This document shows positions 42,140 to 55,124 of a DNA stretch of 64,000 nucleotides, piece after piece. The DNA is from Eledone cirrhosa (taxonomy: Eukaryota), in contig OZ024742.1 of the NCBI GenBank assembly GCA_964016885.1, positions 13,206,001 through 13,270,000 of the forward strand, read 5' to 3'. The translations under genes and the position numbers were made by a program. Position 1 is the first letter of the stretch. Each line of letters opens with the position of its first letter. The notes beneath the pieces were generated by a model that was not told the DNA's origin, made no database searches, and saw only the letters and a program-made list of their open reading frames with translations.

Positions 42140-42262
42140 GCTGAGATTAGTTTTACCTTTCATCTTTACGGGGTCGATAAAATAAGTACCAGTAACACAC
42201 TGGGGTCAATTTAATCGACGTCTAATTGCTGGCCTTGTGCCAAATTTAGAAACAATTATTAT
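42140..42262 (+). mobile_element. SINE 3' fragment related to family 1
   Basis: CCTTTCATCTTTACGGGGTCGATAAAATAAGTACCAG...GGCCTTGTGCCAAATTTAGAAACAATTATT. Confidence 0.8.
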
Positions 42263-42410
42263 TCCTGGGTTAATTTCTCTCTTTTTTTTTTCTTTCGGAG
42301 ATATTTTACTACCAGGTGAGTTCGAAATACCGAAATGTTTATTCCACACATTAGACAGACGGAGAGTTTGTCTATTAGACATGTTATTATATTATCTTGT
42401 TTACAATATA

Positions 42411-42600
42411 GGCGGGGAATTGGCAATATCGGTAGAGGTCTGACGCCATGCTTTATAGCAAAGAGTTACATCCCTTTATGGTCTGAGTTCAAATCCCGCC
42501 GAGGTTAACTTTGCCTTTCATCCTTACGGTGTCGATAAAATAAAGTACCAGTAATACACTGGGATAATTGCTGGCCTTGTGCCAAAAGTAGAAACAATTA
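42411..42600 (+). mobile_element. tRNA-derived SINE (family 1), full length, 20-bp TSD
   Basis: TSD ATTATCTTGTTTACAATATA at 42391-42410 and 42597-42616. Confidence 0.94.
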
Positions 42601-43089
42601 TCTTGTTTACAATATAATCCGTGTATCTTCATCTACGTGAGTGGGGAGAACTGCTAGCAACAAAAATGGTGCAGCAATGTAGTTGATCTTTCACAATAAA
42701 ACCTAGAAGCAAGCTTTCGAAGAGACGAAAATATATTTAAAATAAGATAAACAAGATTTCAAAAAAGTCAAACCGAAATATCGAAAAACAAAATTGATAA
42801 CGAAACAAACCAATAGATTGGGAAATATAGACAAACTTTCATATCGCAAGACGAAAATATTCAGGTAGTAAGCTTAATAAGTAATAGCAACAACGTCGAC
42901 ACGCTCATATATTTGTGGATCTGAGAAAAGACAGCGGTTTTAATTTCAGTTATGCTGCCAGACATAGCTAAGTCTTTGAAGTTTGGAGTTTGAGAAGAAA
43001 GAAGAAATAGTAATTTGCGTGATTTTGAGAAGAGGTTAGTTAGTGAAGAAGGGGGAAAAGAAGAAGAAGAAGAAGAAGAAGAAGAAGAC

Positions 43090-43165
43090 AGCTGGTACTT
43101 TATTTTATAGTTACCAGAAAAAAGAAAGGCAAAGTTGATCTCAGCTCGATTTGAACGCAAGGTAT
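43090..43165 (-). mobile_element. Degenerate SINE body fragment
   Basis: GCTGGTACTTTATTTTAT...GAAAGGCAAAGTTGATCTCAGCTCGATTTGAAC. Confidence 0.6.
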
Positions 43166-44511
43166 TTTGTCTTGCACAGCAAAGAGCAATATTAGAAAAA
43201 AAAGATATTTAACTGTCACGCTGATGTCGACAGATTTTCTTTAATAATTTTCTATGAAGCAATAAAACTTATCGAGTTATGAGATAGAATTGCTTACCAA
43301 GCAACACACAAGAATCCTGAAATATATTTGGATGAGTCATATCTGGCATTTGCTCCAAGAGATACATAGGGTACAATCCGATACTGGATTGATTGTATGT
43401 GTTTAGTGTTTTATAATGTACTGTGATCTGATTTTTAATGCTATATTTTATCTCAATTTAGCTTGGCGTGATATGATAGGCTGGTTGTAGCTGGTTGTGG
43501 CTGGTTATTGCTGGTGATTTGCGTTAATATCTAAAAGAGTTACAGCAATAACGTAATACTTAATAAGTACTGATTAAGTGCTGACTTTAATGTATGAACT
43601 TAGATTCATAAATATTCCCCATCGGTCAAATGCCCATCGGTCAAATGGAAAACATTTAAGTATGGAAAATATATGATTTATGTGACGTCCGTTTTGATAT
43701 TGCTAGTGGAAGTGTTTAAAATCTAGCATGAAGAAGTTGTAGAATGTTGGTAGGCAAGGAAGGTTCAGTGAGGCGGTGATGAGAAGAGAGAAACATTATT
43801 GATGATAAGGAATAAGGTGAAACAATATCTTTAGAAATACACAACTAAGATAAAATAAAACCATTACGAGAAAAAATCATCGATAATCGAAATGTTCAGA
43901 CAAACAACCTTTGGCCGAGAAGGTTAGAAGATATTTTAATTGTATATGTTAACACAATCTTACAGTCTCGCTTTTATCTCAAATATAAAGTTCCTGCGTA
44001 GTTGATGTATTATAATGATAACTTTACTTGCTATCAATACTTTTGCTAACACATATTTATATTTTTCAAGGGAGATTCTATACATATTTCTGTACTTGAT
44101 AATAAGGAATGCATATGAGCCCCTCTAGGCTACTGTTAGACGGGAGATGGCTAATCTGGAAAAGGTTAGTGAGGTTGATTAAGTTTATGAATGCTGATAG
44201 CAACACGGAAATCATAGCAAAAGAAGAGACTCTGGACGATTGCTGTTGTAGAGTTAATGTATTGGACAAAATATGTCGTATAATGTTTGGAGTTGCGTTA
44301 AAGTTGTGCCAAATCATAGTAAAAATATGTGTTGGTTTAGTACCTCAAATTATAAATCAAGCTTTGTACTGCTACGTTAGATTACATGAAGAAGATAGTT
44401 TCATATGTTGAAGACATGTATAAGATATCATAACTATAACAGATTTGATGTCATAATGTTTATATATTGAAATGTATAGAGCATATGGTTCAATTCATAA
44501 CCTGTTTAGAT

Positions 44512-44984
44512 CAGTGTTTCTCAACCGATGTTCTCTGAAGCCCTAGGGTTCCGCAAGGGGTCGCTAGGTGTTCTGTGAGAAACAGTGATAAATAAGCTAA
44601 TGCATTTTGAGTAATTTTTGTTTAATTTTATATTCGTAATTTTACTATAAACATACGATATAATTGTTTCTACATTTGGCACAAGGCCAGCAATTACCCA
44701 GTGTATTACTGGTACGTTATTTTATCGACCCCGAAAGGATGAAAGGCAAAGTTAACCTCGGCGGGCTTTGAACTCAGAATGGCAAGGGCCGTAACTCTAT
44801 GCGTCATACGATATAATGTTGGAAAGTCCTTGGTTGTTGTAACAAAGACTTCGACCTCATATATTTAGAGATACAAAAGAGATAGATATTAATAAAGGTA
44901 TATAACAGTCTTTATGAAGGGGTTCCCTGAGATATGAAAACTATTTCAATGGTTCAACAAAGGTAAAAGGGTTGAGAAACGTTG
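44512..44984. mobile_element. hAT-superfamily (Charlie-like) MITE, 15-bp TIRs, 8-bp TSD
   Basis: TIRs CAGTGTTTCTCAACC / GGTTGAGAAACGTTG (2 mismatches); TSD GTTTAGAT at 44504-44511 and 44985-44992. Confidence 0.9.
44660..44804 (-). mobile_element. 5'-truncated SINE family 1 nested in the hAT MITE, 13-bp TSD
   Basis: TSD CATACGATATAAT at 44652-44664 and 44805-44817. Confidence 0.92.
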
Positions 44985-45128
44985 GTTTAGATTGTCGAAT
45001 TTTGAATACGATAAATTTAGATATTCTCGTGAAATTCCTGTGGGGAGGGGTCATGATTGTGTATGTGCATGTGTGTGTATGTGTGTGTGTGTGTCTGTGT
45101 GTGTATGTGTCTGTGCGTGTGTCTGTGC

Positions 45129-45171
<43 letters not shown>

Positions 45172-45519
45172 CATGTGTGTGTGTGTGTGCATGTGTGTGA
45201 GTGTGAATGCGTGTGCGTGGGCAACTTTATTCTACGCGATTCAGCTGAAATGTCCATTGTCTGACTAAGATACTCTCATGGAATGACCAAATGAGTTTTA
45301 TTTTTCAACATAATTCCTGGAAAGAAACATTTCAGTTATTAATAAGAAGAGTTGAAATTAATGCATGCAAGATTTCACAGCTTTAGCATCTCTCTTTCAT
45401 ATTTCTACCAAACCGTTTAGAAATATGTAGAAACGGAATACTGTTTTAACAAACAAACACTTTTATGATAAAGTTTCTCAGAGCCTTAAAATGTTCGTCT
45501 CTTGAATAATATATTTAGT

Positions 45520-46040
45520 CTGCGACCAACCCAGGTTCTGCTGCACGTCGGGCTGAGGAGGCCAAACTCTTCAAATACCGGTCGCTCTTCGACAGGTTTG
45601 CGGTTGTACCCTTGGCAGTGAAGACTACAGGTGTCCTCGGCCCTAGTACTACCTCCCTACTCACCAACATAAGCACTGAGATGGCTACCCCTAGCAGTGG
45701 AGACTTCTGGTGTCCTCGGCCCTAGGGCTACCTCCCTACTCACCAACATAAGCACTGAGATGGCTACCCCTAGCAGTGGAGACTACAGGTGTCCTCGGCC
45801 CTAGGGCTACCTCCCTACTCACCAACATAGGTGCTGAGCTGGCTAGCCGCAGGTGTGAACCTCGCGAGCTGGAATGGCTTTTCCAGCGCGTCTCCCTTGC
45901 CGTCCTCCGGAGAAACACCTTCTCCATTCTGTCCGCCGGGAGTGGGGAGGCCACCAATATGATTGACTGACTTGTCATTTCATCAGTCAGATGTTCTAAT
46001 AATTCTATATATATATAAATAACTGTATTTAAAAAAATAT
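45520..46040 (+). mobile_element. 3' fragment of an RLE-type (CRE-like) non-LTR retrotransposon with a 79-bp internal triplication
   Basis: Translates ATNPGSAARRAEEAKLFKYRSLFDRFAVVPLAV(K/E)TTGVLGP...WLFQRVSLAVLRRN, matching the GSAAxxAExxKxxKY...FVPxAVETxG...QRxSxAxQRGN C-terminus of CRE-like elements. Confidence 0.75.
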
Positions 46041-46049
46041 AATCATTAG

Positions 46050-46273
46050 TCTGGACAGGTTTTATAGAAAAAGCCAAACGGCAGGAAATGAAGAAGTAGA
46101 CCACGAGCAAGATGGTTGGATAACATCCGTATGTTCTGTTGGTCCTGCTTGGGGATCCAGGTAGGTCCTTTAGAGACCGTTGCTTCTACTCTGATTCTGT
46201 CTGAGGCGTGGGACACTGCCCCAACAACAACAACAGATACCAGCCATCCCACACCGCATGACACCCTCAGATG
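46050..46273 (+). mobile_element. RTE-clade LINE extreme 3' fragment ending in a (GAA)n tail
   Basis: KPNGRK*RSRPRARWLDNIRMFCWSCLGIQ...LETVA resembles the RTE C-terminus; homologous to 24830-25025. Confidence 0.65.
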
Positions 46274-46717
46274 GAAGAAGAAGAAGAAGAAGAAGAAGAA
46301 GAAGAAGAAGAAGAAGAAGAAGAAGAAGAAGAAGAAGAAGAAGGGGGAGAAGAAGAAGAAGAAGAAGAAGAAGAAGAAGAAGAAGAAGAAGAAGAAGAAG
46401 AAGAAGAAGAAGAAGAAGAAGAAGAAGAAGAGGGGAGAAGAAGAAGAAGAAGAAGAAGAAGAAGAAGAAGAAGAAGAAGAAGAAGAAGAAGAAGAAGAAG
46501 AAGAAGAAGGGGGGGAGAAGGAGGAGGAAGAGGGGGAAGAGGAGGAGGAGGAGGAGATGAAGAAGAAGAAGAAGAAGAAGAAGAAGAAGAAGAAGAAGAA
46601 GAAGAAGAAGAAGAAGAAGAAGAAGGGAGGAGGAGGAGCAGCAGGAGGAGGGGGGAGGAGGGGGAGAGGGAGGGGAAGAAGAAGAAGAAGAAGAAGAAGA
46701 AGAAGAAGAAGAAGAAG
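46274..46717. repeat. (GAA)n/(GAG)n polypurine microsatellite
   Basis: Directly visible. Confidence 0.97.
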
Positions 46718-47054
46718 ATTATTACCAATTCTGAAACTAGAAATTAATAAGAATGAAGAACCTCAACTAAATAAAACCCCCCAAAATATATTTCTAATCT
46801 TTGGTGACGTCAACCATTTGTAAAATAAATTTTTTCTTTTTTTTTTTATATGGAAATTTGACGCCAAAAATTTTTTTTTAAATTTCAAAAATCTACATTA
46901 ATGAAAAAGAAAAGAAATAATCGGGAGATCAAAATAAAATGTAGAAAAATTTTAATTAAGAAACGACATAAATAAATTTTTAAAAGAAATGAAATGTTCA
47001 TCTTTTTCTGTTATAATTTACATTTTCGTTTGATGTTCGCTATTGTCATTTTGA

Positions 47055-50000
47055 AGTGTGTAAAAAGTGTAGATGTGTGGGTGGCTGGATGTGTGTGTGC
47101 GTCTGGATGTGTGGCTGCGTGTGTGTGTGTGTGTGTGTGTGTTTGGATGTGTGTAAAGATTGTAGATGTGTGTGTGGCTGGATGTGTGTGTAAAGAGTGT
47201 AGATGTGTGTGTGGCTGGATGTGTGTGTGTGTGTCTGTGTGTGTCTGGATGTGTGTGTGTGTCTGTGTGTGTGTGTGTGTTTGGATGTGTGTAAAGAGTG
47301 TAGATGTATGTGTGGCTGGATGTGTGTAAAGAGTGTAGATGTGTGTGTGGCTGGATGTGTGTAAAGAGTGTAGATGTGTGTGTAAAGAGTGTAGATGTGT
47401 GTGTGGCTGGATGTGTGTATAGAGTGTAGATGTGTGTGTGGCTGGATGTGTGTATAGAGTGTAGATGTGTGTGTGGCAGGATGTGTGTATAGAGTGTAGA
47501 TGTGTGTGTGGCTGGATGTGTGTATAGAGTGTAGATGTGTGTGTGTGGCTGGATGTGTGTAAAGAGTGTAGATGTGTGTGTGGCTGGATGTGTGTAAAGA
47601 GTGTAGATGTGTGTGTGGCTGGATGTGTGTATAGAGTGTAGATGTGTGTGTGTGGCTGGACGTGTGTAAAGAGTGTAGATGTGTGTGTGGCTGGATGTGT
47701 GTAAAGAGTGTAGATGTGTGTGTGGCTGGATGTGTGTAAAGAGTGTAGATGTGTGTGTGGCTGGATGTGTGTATAGAGTGTAGATGTGTGTGTGGCTGGA
47801 TGTGTGTATAGAGTGTAGATGTGTGTGTGGCTGGATGTGTGTATAGAGTGTAGATGTGTGTGTGTGGCTGGATGTGTGTAAAGAGTGTAGATGTGTGTGT
47901 GGCTGGATGTGTGTAAAGAGTGTAGATGTGTGTGTGGCTGGATGTGTGTATAGAGTGTAGATGTGTGTGTGTGGCTGGATGTGTGTAAAGAGTGTAGATG
48001 TGTGTGTGGCTGGATGTGTGTAAAGAGTGTAGATGTGTGTGTGGCTGGATGTGTGTATAGAGTGTAGATGTGTGTGTGGCTGGATGTGTGTAAAGAGTGT
48101 AGATGTGTGTGTGGCTGGATGTGTGTATAGAGTGTAGATGTGTGTGTGGCTGGATGTGTGTATAGAGTGTAGATGTGTGTGTGGCTGGATGTGTGTAAAG
48201 AGTGTAGATGTGTGTGTGGCTGGATGTGTGTAAAGAGTGTAGATGTGTGTGTGGCTGGATGTGTGTATAGAGTGTAGATGTGTGTGTGGCTGGATGTGTG
48301 TATAGAGTGTAGATGTGTGTGTATAGAGTGTAGATGTGTGTGTGGCTGGATGTGTGTAAAGAGTGTAGATGTGTGTGTGGCTGGATGTGTGGAAAGAGTG
48401 TAGATGTGTGTGTGGCTGGATGTGTGTAAAGAGTGTAGATGTGTGTGTGGCTGGATGTGTGTATAGAGTGTAGATGTGTGTGTGGCTGGATGTGTGTAAA
48501 GAGTGTAGATGTGTGTGTGGCTGGATGTGTGTAAAGAGTGTAGATGTGTGTGTGGCTGGATGTGTGTATAGAGTGTAGATGTGTGTGTGGCTGGATGTGT
48601 GTAAAGAGTGTAGATGTGTGTGTGGCTGGATGTGTGTAAAGAGTGTAGATGTGTGTGTGGCTGGATGTGTGTATAGAGTGTAGATGTGTGTGTGGCTGGA
48701 TGTGTGTATAGAGTGTAGATGTGTGTGTGGCTGGATGTGTGTAAAGAGTGTAGATGTGTGTGTGGCTGGATGTGTGGAAAGAGTGTAGATGTGTGTGTGG
48801 CTGGATGTGTGTAAAGAGTGTAGATGTGTGTGTGGCTGGATGTGTGTAAAGAGTGTAGATGTGTGTGTGGCTGGATGTGTGTATAGAGTGTAGATGTGTG
48901 TGTGGCTGGATGTGTGTAAAGAGTGTAGATGTGTGTGTGGCTGGATGTGTGTAAAGAGTGTAGATGTGTGTGTGGCTGGATGTGTGTATAGAGTGTAGAT
49001 GTGTGCGTGGCTGGATGTGTGTATAGAGTGTAGATGTGTGTGTATAGAGTGTAGATGTGTGTGTGGCTGGATGTGTGTAAAGAGTGTAGATGTGTGTGTG
49101 GCTGGATGTGTGGAAAGAGTGTAGATGTGTGTGTGGCTGGATGTGTGTAAAGAGTGTAGATGTGTGTGTGTGGCTGGATGTGTGTAAAGAGTGTAGATGT
49201 GTGTGTGGCTGGATGTGTGTAAAGAGTGTAGATGTGTGTGTGGCTGGATGTGTGGAAAGAGTGTAGATGTGTGTGTGGCTGGATGTGTGTAAAGAGTGTA
49301 GATGTGTGTGTGTGGCTGGATGTGTGGAAAGAGTGTAGATGTGTGTGTGGCTGGATGTGTGTAAAGAGTGTAGATGTGTGTGTGTGGCTGGATGTGTGGA
49401 AAGAGTGTAGATGTGTGTGTGGCTGGATGTGTGTAAAGAGTGTAGATGTGTGTGTGTGGCTGGATGTGTGGAAAGAGTGTAGATGTGTGTGTGGCTGGAT
49501 GTGTGTAAAGAGTGTAGATGTGTGTGTGGCTGGATGTGTGTATAGAGTGTAGATGTGTGTGTGGCTGGATGTGTGTAAAGAGTGTAGATGTGTGTGTGGC
49601 TGGATGTGTGTAAAGAGTGTAGATGTGTGTGTGGCTGGATGTGTGTATAGAGTGTAGATGTGTGTGTGGCTGGATGTGTGTATAGAGTGTAGATGTGTGT
49701 GTATAGAGTGTAGATGTGTGTGTGGCTGGATGTGTGTAAAGAGTGTAGATGTGTGTGTGGCTGGATGTGTGTATAGAGTGTAGATGTGTGTGTGGCTGGA
49801 TGTGTGTATAGAGTGTAGATGTGTGTGTGGCTGGATGTGTGTATAGAGTGTAGATGTGTGTGTGGCTGGATGTGTGGAAAGAGTGTAGATGTGTGTGTGG
49901 CTGGATGTGTGTAAAGAGTGTAGATGTGTGTGTGGCTGGATGTGTGTATAGAGTGTAGATGTGTGTGTGGCTGGATGTGTGTAAAGAGTGTAGATGTGTG

Positions 50001-53000
50001 TGTGTGGCTGGATGTGTGTATAGAGTGTAGATGTGTGTGTGGCTGGATGTGTGTATAGAGTGTAGATGTGTGTGTGGCTGGATGTGTGTATAGAGTGTAG
50101 ATGTGTGTGTGGCTGGATGTGTGTAAAGAGTGTAGATGTGTGTGTGGCTGGATGTGTGTAAAGAGTGTAGATGTGTGTGTGGCTGGATGTGTGTAAAGAG
50201 TGTAGATGTGTGTGTAAAGAGTGTAGATGTGTGTGTGGCTGGATGTGTGTATAGAGTGTAGATGTGTGTGTGGCTGGATGTGTGTAAAGAGTGTAGATGT
50301 GTGTGTGGCTGGATGTGTGTAAAGAGTGTAGATGTGTGTGTGTGGCTGGATGTGTGTAAAGAGTGTAGATGTGTGTGTGGCTGGATGTGTGTATAGAGTG
50401 TAGATGTGTGTGTGTGGCTGGATGTGTGTAAAGAGTGTAGATGTGTCTGTGGCTGGATGTGTGTATAGAGTGTAGATGTGTGTGTGTGGCTGGATGTGTG
50501 TATAGAGTGTAGTTGTGTGTGTGGCTGGATGTGTGTAAAGAGTGTAGATGTGTGTGTGGCTGGATGTGTGTAAAGAGTGTAGATGTGTGTGTGGCTGGAT
50601 GTGTGTAAAGAGTGTAGATGTGTGTGTGTGGCTGGATGTGTGTAAAGAGTGTAGATGTGTGTGTGGCTGGATGTGTGTATAGAGTGTAGATGTGTGTGTG
50701 GCTGGATGTGTGTAAAGAGTGTAGATGTGTGTGTGGCAGGATGTGTGTATAGAGTGTAGATGTGTGTGTGGCTGGATGTGTGGAAAGAGTGTAGATGTGT
50801 GTGTGTGGCTGGATGTGTGTAAAGAGTGTAGATGTGTGTGTGGCAGGATGTGTGTATAGAGTGTAGATGTGTGTGTGTGGCTGGATGTGTGTAAAGAGTG
50901 TAGATGTGTGTGTGGCTGGATGTGTGTAAAGAGTGTAGATGTGTGTGTGGCTGGATGTGTATAAAGAGTGTAGATGTGTGTGTGGCTGGATGTGTGTAAA
51001 GAGTGTAGATGTGTGTGTGTGGCTGGATGTGTGTAAAGAGTGTAGATGTGTGTGTGGCTGGATGTGTGTATAGAGTGTAGATGTGTGTGTGGCTGGATGT
51101 GTGGAAAGAGTGTAGATGTGTGTGTGGCTGGATGTGTGTAAAGAGTGTAGATGTGTGTGTGGCAGGATGTGTGTATAGAGTGTAGATGTGTGTGTGGCAG
51201 GATGTGTGGAAAGAGTGTAGATGTGTGTGTGGCAGGATGTGTGGAAAGAGTGTAGATGTGTGTGTGGCTGGATGTGTGTAAAGAGTGTAGATGTGTGTGT
51301 GGCAGGATGTGTGGAAAGAGTGTAGATGTGTGTAAAGAGTGTAGATGTGTGTGTGGCAGGATGTGTGTATAGAGTGTAGATGTGTGTATGGCTGGATGTG
51401 TGGAAAGAGTGTAGATGTGTGTGTGGCTGGATGTGTGGAAAGAGTGTAGATGTGTGTGTGGCAGGATGTGTGGAAAGAGTGTAGATGTGTGTGTGGCTGG
51501 ATGTGTGTAAAGAGTGTAGATGTGTGTGTGGCAGGATGTGTGGAAAGAGTGTAGATGTGTGTAAAGAGTGTAGATGTGTGTGTGGCAGGATGTGTGTATA
51601 GAGTGTAGATGTGTGTGTGGCTGGATGTGTGGAAAGAGTGTAGATGTGTGTGTGGCTGGATGTGTGTAAAGAGTGTAGATGTGTGTGTGGCAGGATGTGT
51701 GGAAAGAGTGTAGATGTGTGTAAAGAGTGTAGATGTGTGTGTGGCAGGATGTGTGTATAGAGTGTAGATGTGTGTGTGGCTGGATGTGTGGAAAGAGTGT
51801 AGATGTGTGTGTGTGGCTGGATGTGTGTAAAGAGTGTAGATGTGTGTGTGGCAGGATGTGTGTATAGAGTGTAGATGTGTGTGTGGCTGGATGTGTGTAT
51901 AGAGTGTAGATGTGTGTGTGTGGCTGGATGTGTGTAAAGAGTGTAGATGTATGTGTGTGGCTGGATGTGTGTAAAGAGTGTAGATGTGTGTGTGGCTGGA
52001 TGTGTGTAAAGAGTGTAGATGTGTGTGTGGCAGGATGTGTGTATAGAGTGTAGATGTGTGTGTGGCAGGATGTGTGGAAAGAGTGTAGATGTGTGTGTGG
52101 CAGGATGTGTGGAAAGAGTGTAGATGTGTGTGTGGCTGGATGTGTGTAAAGAGTGTAGATGTGTGTGTGGCAGGATGTGTGGAAAGAGTGTAGATGTGTG
52201 TAAAGAGTGTAGATGTGTGTGTGGCAGGATGTGTGTATAGAGTGTAGATGTGTGTGTGGCTGGATGTGTGGAAAGAGTGTAGATGTGTGTGTGGCTGGAT
52301 GTGTGTAAAGAGTGTAGATGTGTGTGTGGCAGGATGTGTGGAAAGAGTGTAGATGTGTGTAAAGAGTGTAGATGTGTGTGTGGCAGGATGTGTGTATAGA
52401 GTGTAGATGTGTGTGTGGCTGGATGTGTGGAAAGAGTGTAGATGTGTGTGTGTGGCTGGATGTGTGTAAAGAGTGTAGATGTGTGTGTGGCAGGATGTGT
52501 GTATAGAGTGTAGATGTGTGTGTGGCTGGATGTGTGTATAGAGTGTAGATGTGTGTGTGTGGCTGGATGTGTGTAAAGAGTGTAGATGTATGTGTGTGGC
52601 TGGATGTGTGTAAAGAGTGTAGATATGTGTGTGGCTGGATGTGTGTAAAGAGTGTAGATGTGTGTGTGGCAGGATGTGTGGAAAGAGTGTAGATGTGTGT
52701 AAAGAGTGTAGATGTGTGTGTGGCAGGATGTGTGTATAGAGTGTAGATGTGTGTGTGGCTGGATGTGTGGAAAGAGTGTAGATGTGTGTGTGGCTGGATG
52801 TGTGGAAAGAGTGTAGATGTGTGTGTGGCTGGATGTGTGTAAAGAGTGTAGATGTGTGTGTGGCTGGATGTGTGTAAAGAGTGTAGATGTGTGTGTGGCA
52901 GGATGTGTGGAAAGAGTGTAGATGTGTGTAAAGAGTGTAGATGTGTGTGTGGCAGGATGTGTGTATAGAGTGTAGATGTGTGTGTGGCTGGATGTGTGGA

Positions 53001-54075
53001 AAGAGTGTAGATGTGTGTGTGGCTGGATGTGTGTAAAGAGTGTAGATGTGTGTGTGGCTGGATGTGTGGAAAGAGTGTAGATGTGTGTGTGGCTGGATGT
53101 GTGTAAAGAGTGTAGATGTGTGTGTGGCTGGATGTGTGGAAAGAGTGTAGATGTGTGTGTGGCTGGATGTGTGTAAAGAGTGTAGATGTGTGTGTGGCTG
53201 GATGTGTGGAAAGAGTGTAGATGTGTGTGTGGCTGGATGTGTGTATAGAGTGTAGATGTGTGTGTGGCTGGATGTGTGTATAGAGTGTAGATGTGTGTGT
53301 GTGGCTGGATGTGTGTAAAGAGTGTAGATGTGTGTGTGGCTGGATGTGTGTAAAGAGTGTAGATGTGTGTGTGGCTGGATGTGTGGAAAGAGTGTAGATG
53401 TGTGTGTGGCTGGATGTGTGGAAAGAGTGTAGATGTGTGTGTGGCTGGATGTGTGGAAAGAGTGTAGATGTGTGTAAAGAGTGTAGATGTGTGTGTGGCA
53501 GGATGTGTGTATAGAGTGTAGATGTGTGTGTGGCTGGATGTGTGGAAAGAGTGTAGATGTGTGTGTGGCTGGATGTGTGTAAAGAGTGTAGATGTGTGTG
53601 TGGCTGGATGTGTGGAAAGAGTGTAGATGTGTGTGTGGCTGGATGTGTGTATAGAGTGTAGATGTGTGTGTGGCTGGATGTGTGTATAGAGTGTAGATGT
53701 GTGTGTGTGGCTGGATGTGTGTAAAGAGTGTAGATGTGTGTGTGGCTGGATGTGTGTAAAGAGTGTAGATGTGTGTGTGGCTGGATGTGTGGAAAGAGTG
53801 TACATGTGTGTGTGGCTGGATGTGTGTAAAGAGTGTAGATGTGTGTGTGGCAGGATGTGTGGAAAGAGTGTAGATGTGTGTGTGGCAGGATGTGTGGAAA
53901 GAGTGTAGATGTGTGTGTGTGGCTGGATGTGTGTAAAGAGTGTAGATGTGTGTGTGGCTGGATGTGTGTATAGAGTGTAGATGTGTGTGTGGCTGGATGT
54001 GTGTAAAGAGTGTAGATGTGTGTGTGGCAGGATGTGTGGAAAGAGTGTAGATGTGTGTGTGGCTGGATGTGTATG
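47055..54075. repeat. ~35-bp minisatellite (GTGTGTAAAGAGTGTAGATGTGTGTGTGGCTGGAT)n, about 200 units
   Basis: Directly visible; variants TAAA/TATA/GAAA and GCTGG/GCAGG; unit length varies by GT slippage. Confidence 0.97.
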
Positions 54076-54461
54076 TGTGTCTGGATGTGTGTGTCCCTGA
54101 CTGTGTGTGTGTGTGTCTGGATGTGTGTGTATATGTGTGTCTCTGGCTGTATGTACATGTGTGTCTCTGTCTGTGTGTCTCTCTGGCTGTGTGTATGTGT
54201 GTCTCTCTGGCTATGTATGTGTGTGTCTGACTGTGTGTATATGTGTGTGTGTGTGTGTGTCTCTCTGGCTGTGTGTATGTGTGTCGCTGGCTGTGTATGT
54301 GTGTGTCTGACTGTGTGTATATGTGTGTGTCTGTGTGTGTCTCTCTGGCTGTGTGTATGTTTGTCTGGTTGTGTGTATGTGTGTGTCTGGCTGTGTGTAC
54401 ATGTGTGTGTATGTGTGTGTGTGTGTATGTCTGTCTCTCTTTGTGTGTATGTATATGACTG

Positions 54462-54518
<57 letters not shown>
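54076..54518. repeat. Degenerate (GT)n-rich tract
   Basis: Directly visible. Confidence 0.9.
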
Positions 54519-54520
<2 letters not shown>

Positions 54521-54559
54521 ACTGTAGTGGTTGGTGAGATGTTTCTGTATACCCGAATA

Positions 54560-54875
54560 CTGAATGGTTAGAATCTCCGGCTCAAGATCGTGAGATCGTG
54601 AGTTCGATTCTCCGGGCTGTGTGTTGTGTCCTTGAGCAAGACACTTTATTTCATTTTGCTCCAGTCTACTCAACAGGTAAAAATGAGTTGTACCTGTAAT
54701 TCAAGGAGTCACACATTGCCACACATTGTGTCACTCTGAATCTCCCTGAGAATTACATTAAGGCTGTACGTGTCTGTGGAATGCTCAGACATTTACACGT
54801 TAATTTCACGAACTAGAAATTCCGTTGATTTAATCAACTGGAGTACTCGTCGTCGTAAAATGACGGAGGACCGTT
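54560..54875 (+). mobile_element. tRNA-derived SINE (family 2) with CORE-like central domain
   Basis: TGGTTAG...GAGTTCGATTC (A/B-box-like) followed by GTGTTGTGTCCTTGAGCAAGACACTTTATTTC; inverted second copy at 55808-56056. Confidence 0.8.
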
Positions 54876-55021
54876 AACATGTTTAACGAGTGTATTTATA
54901 TCTACATGAAAGTTTTCTATTATTGTCTTTTTAAATATACACACACAATATAAGAACGAAGAAAATTAAATTCATATAAAAAAATAACTATAAAAGATAT
55001 GTATGTACTTAAATACATACA

Positions 55022-55124
55022 TATAATTATTTCTACTTTTGGCACAAGGCCATCAATTACCCAGTGCATTACTGGTACTTTATCTTATCGACCCCGTAAG
55101 GATGAAAGACAAAGTTAACTTCGA
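55022..55124 (-). mobile_element. SINE family 1, 3' fragment
   Basis: Reverse complement of the family-1 3' half. Confidence 0.85.

Noticed and set aside
44078-44411. Overlapping 79- and 100-aa ORFs, possibly an ancient CR1/L2 remnant
   Set aside because: Resemblance too faint to support without a profile search.
47011-54673. Three >2200-aa His/Thr-rich minus-strand ORFs
   Set aside because: All three frames are open because the repeat lacks stop codons; not zinc-finger arrays.
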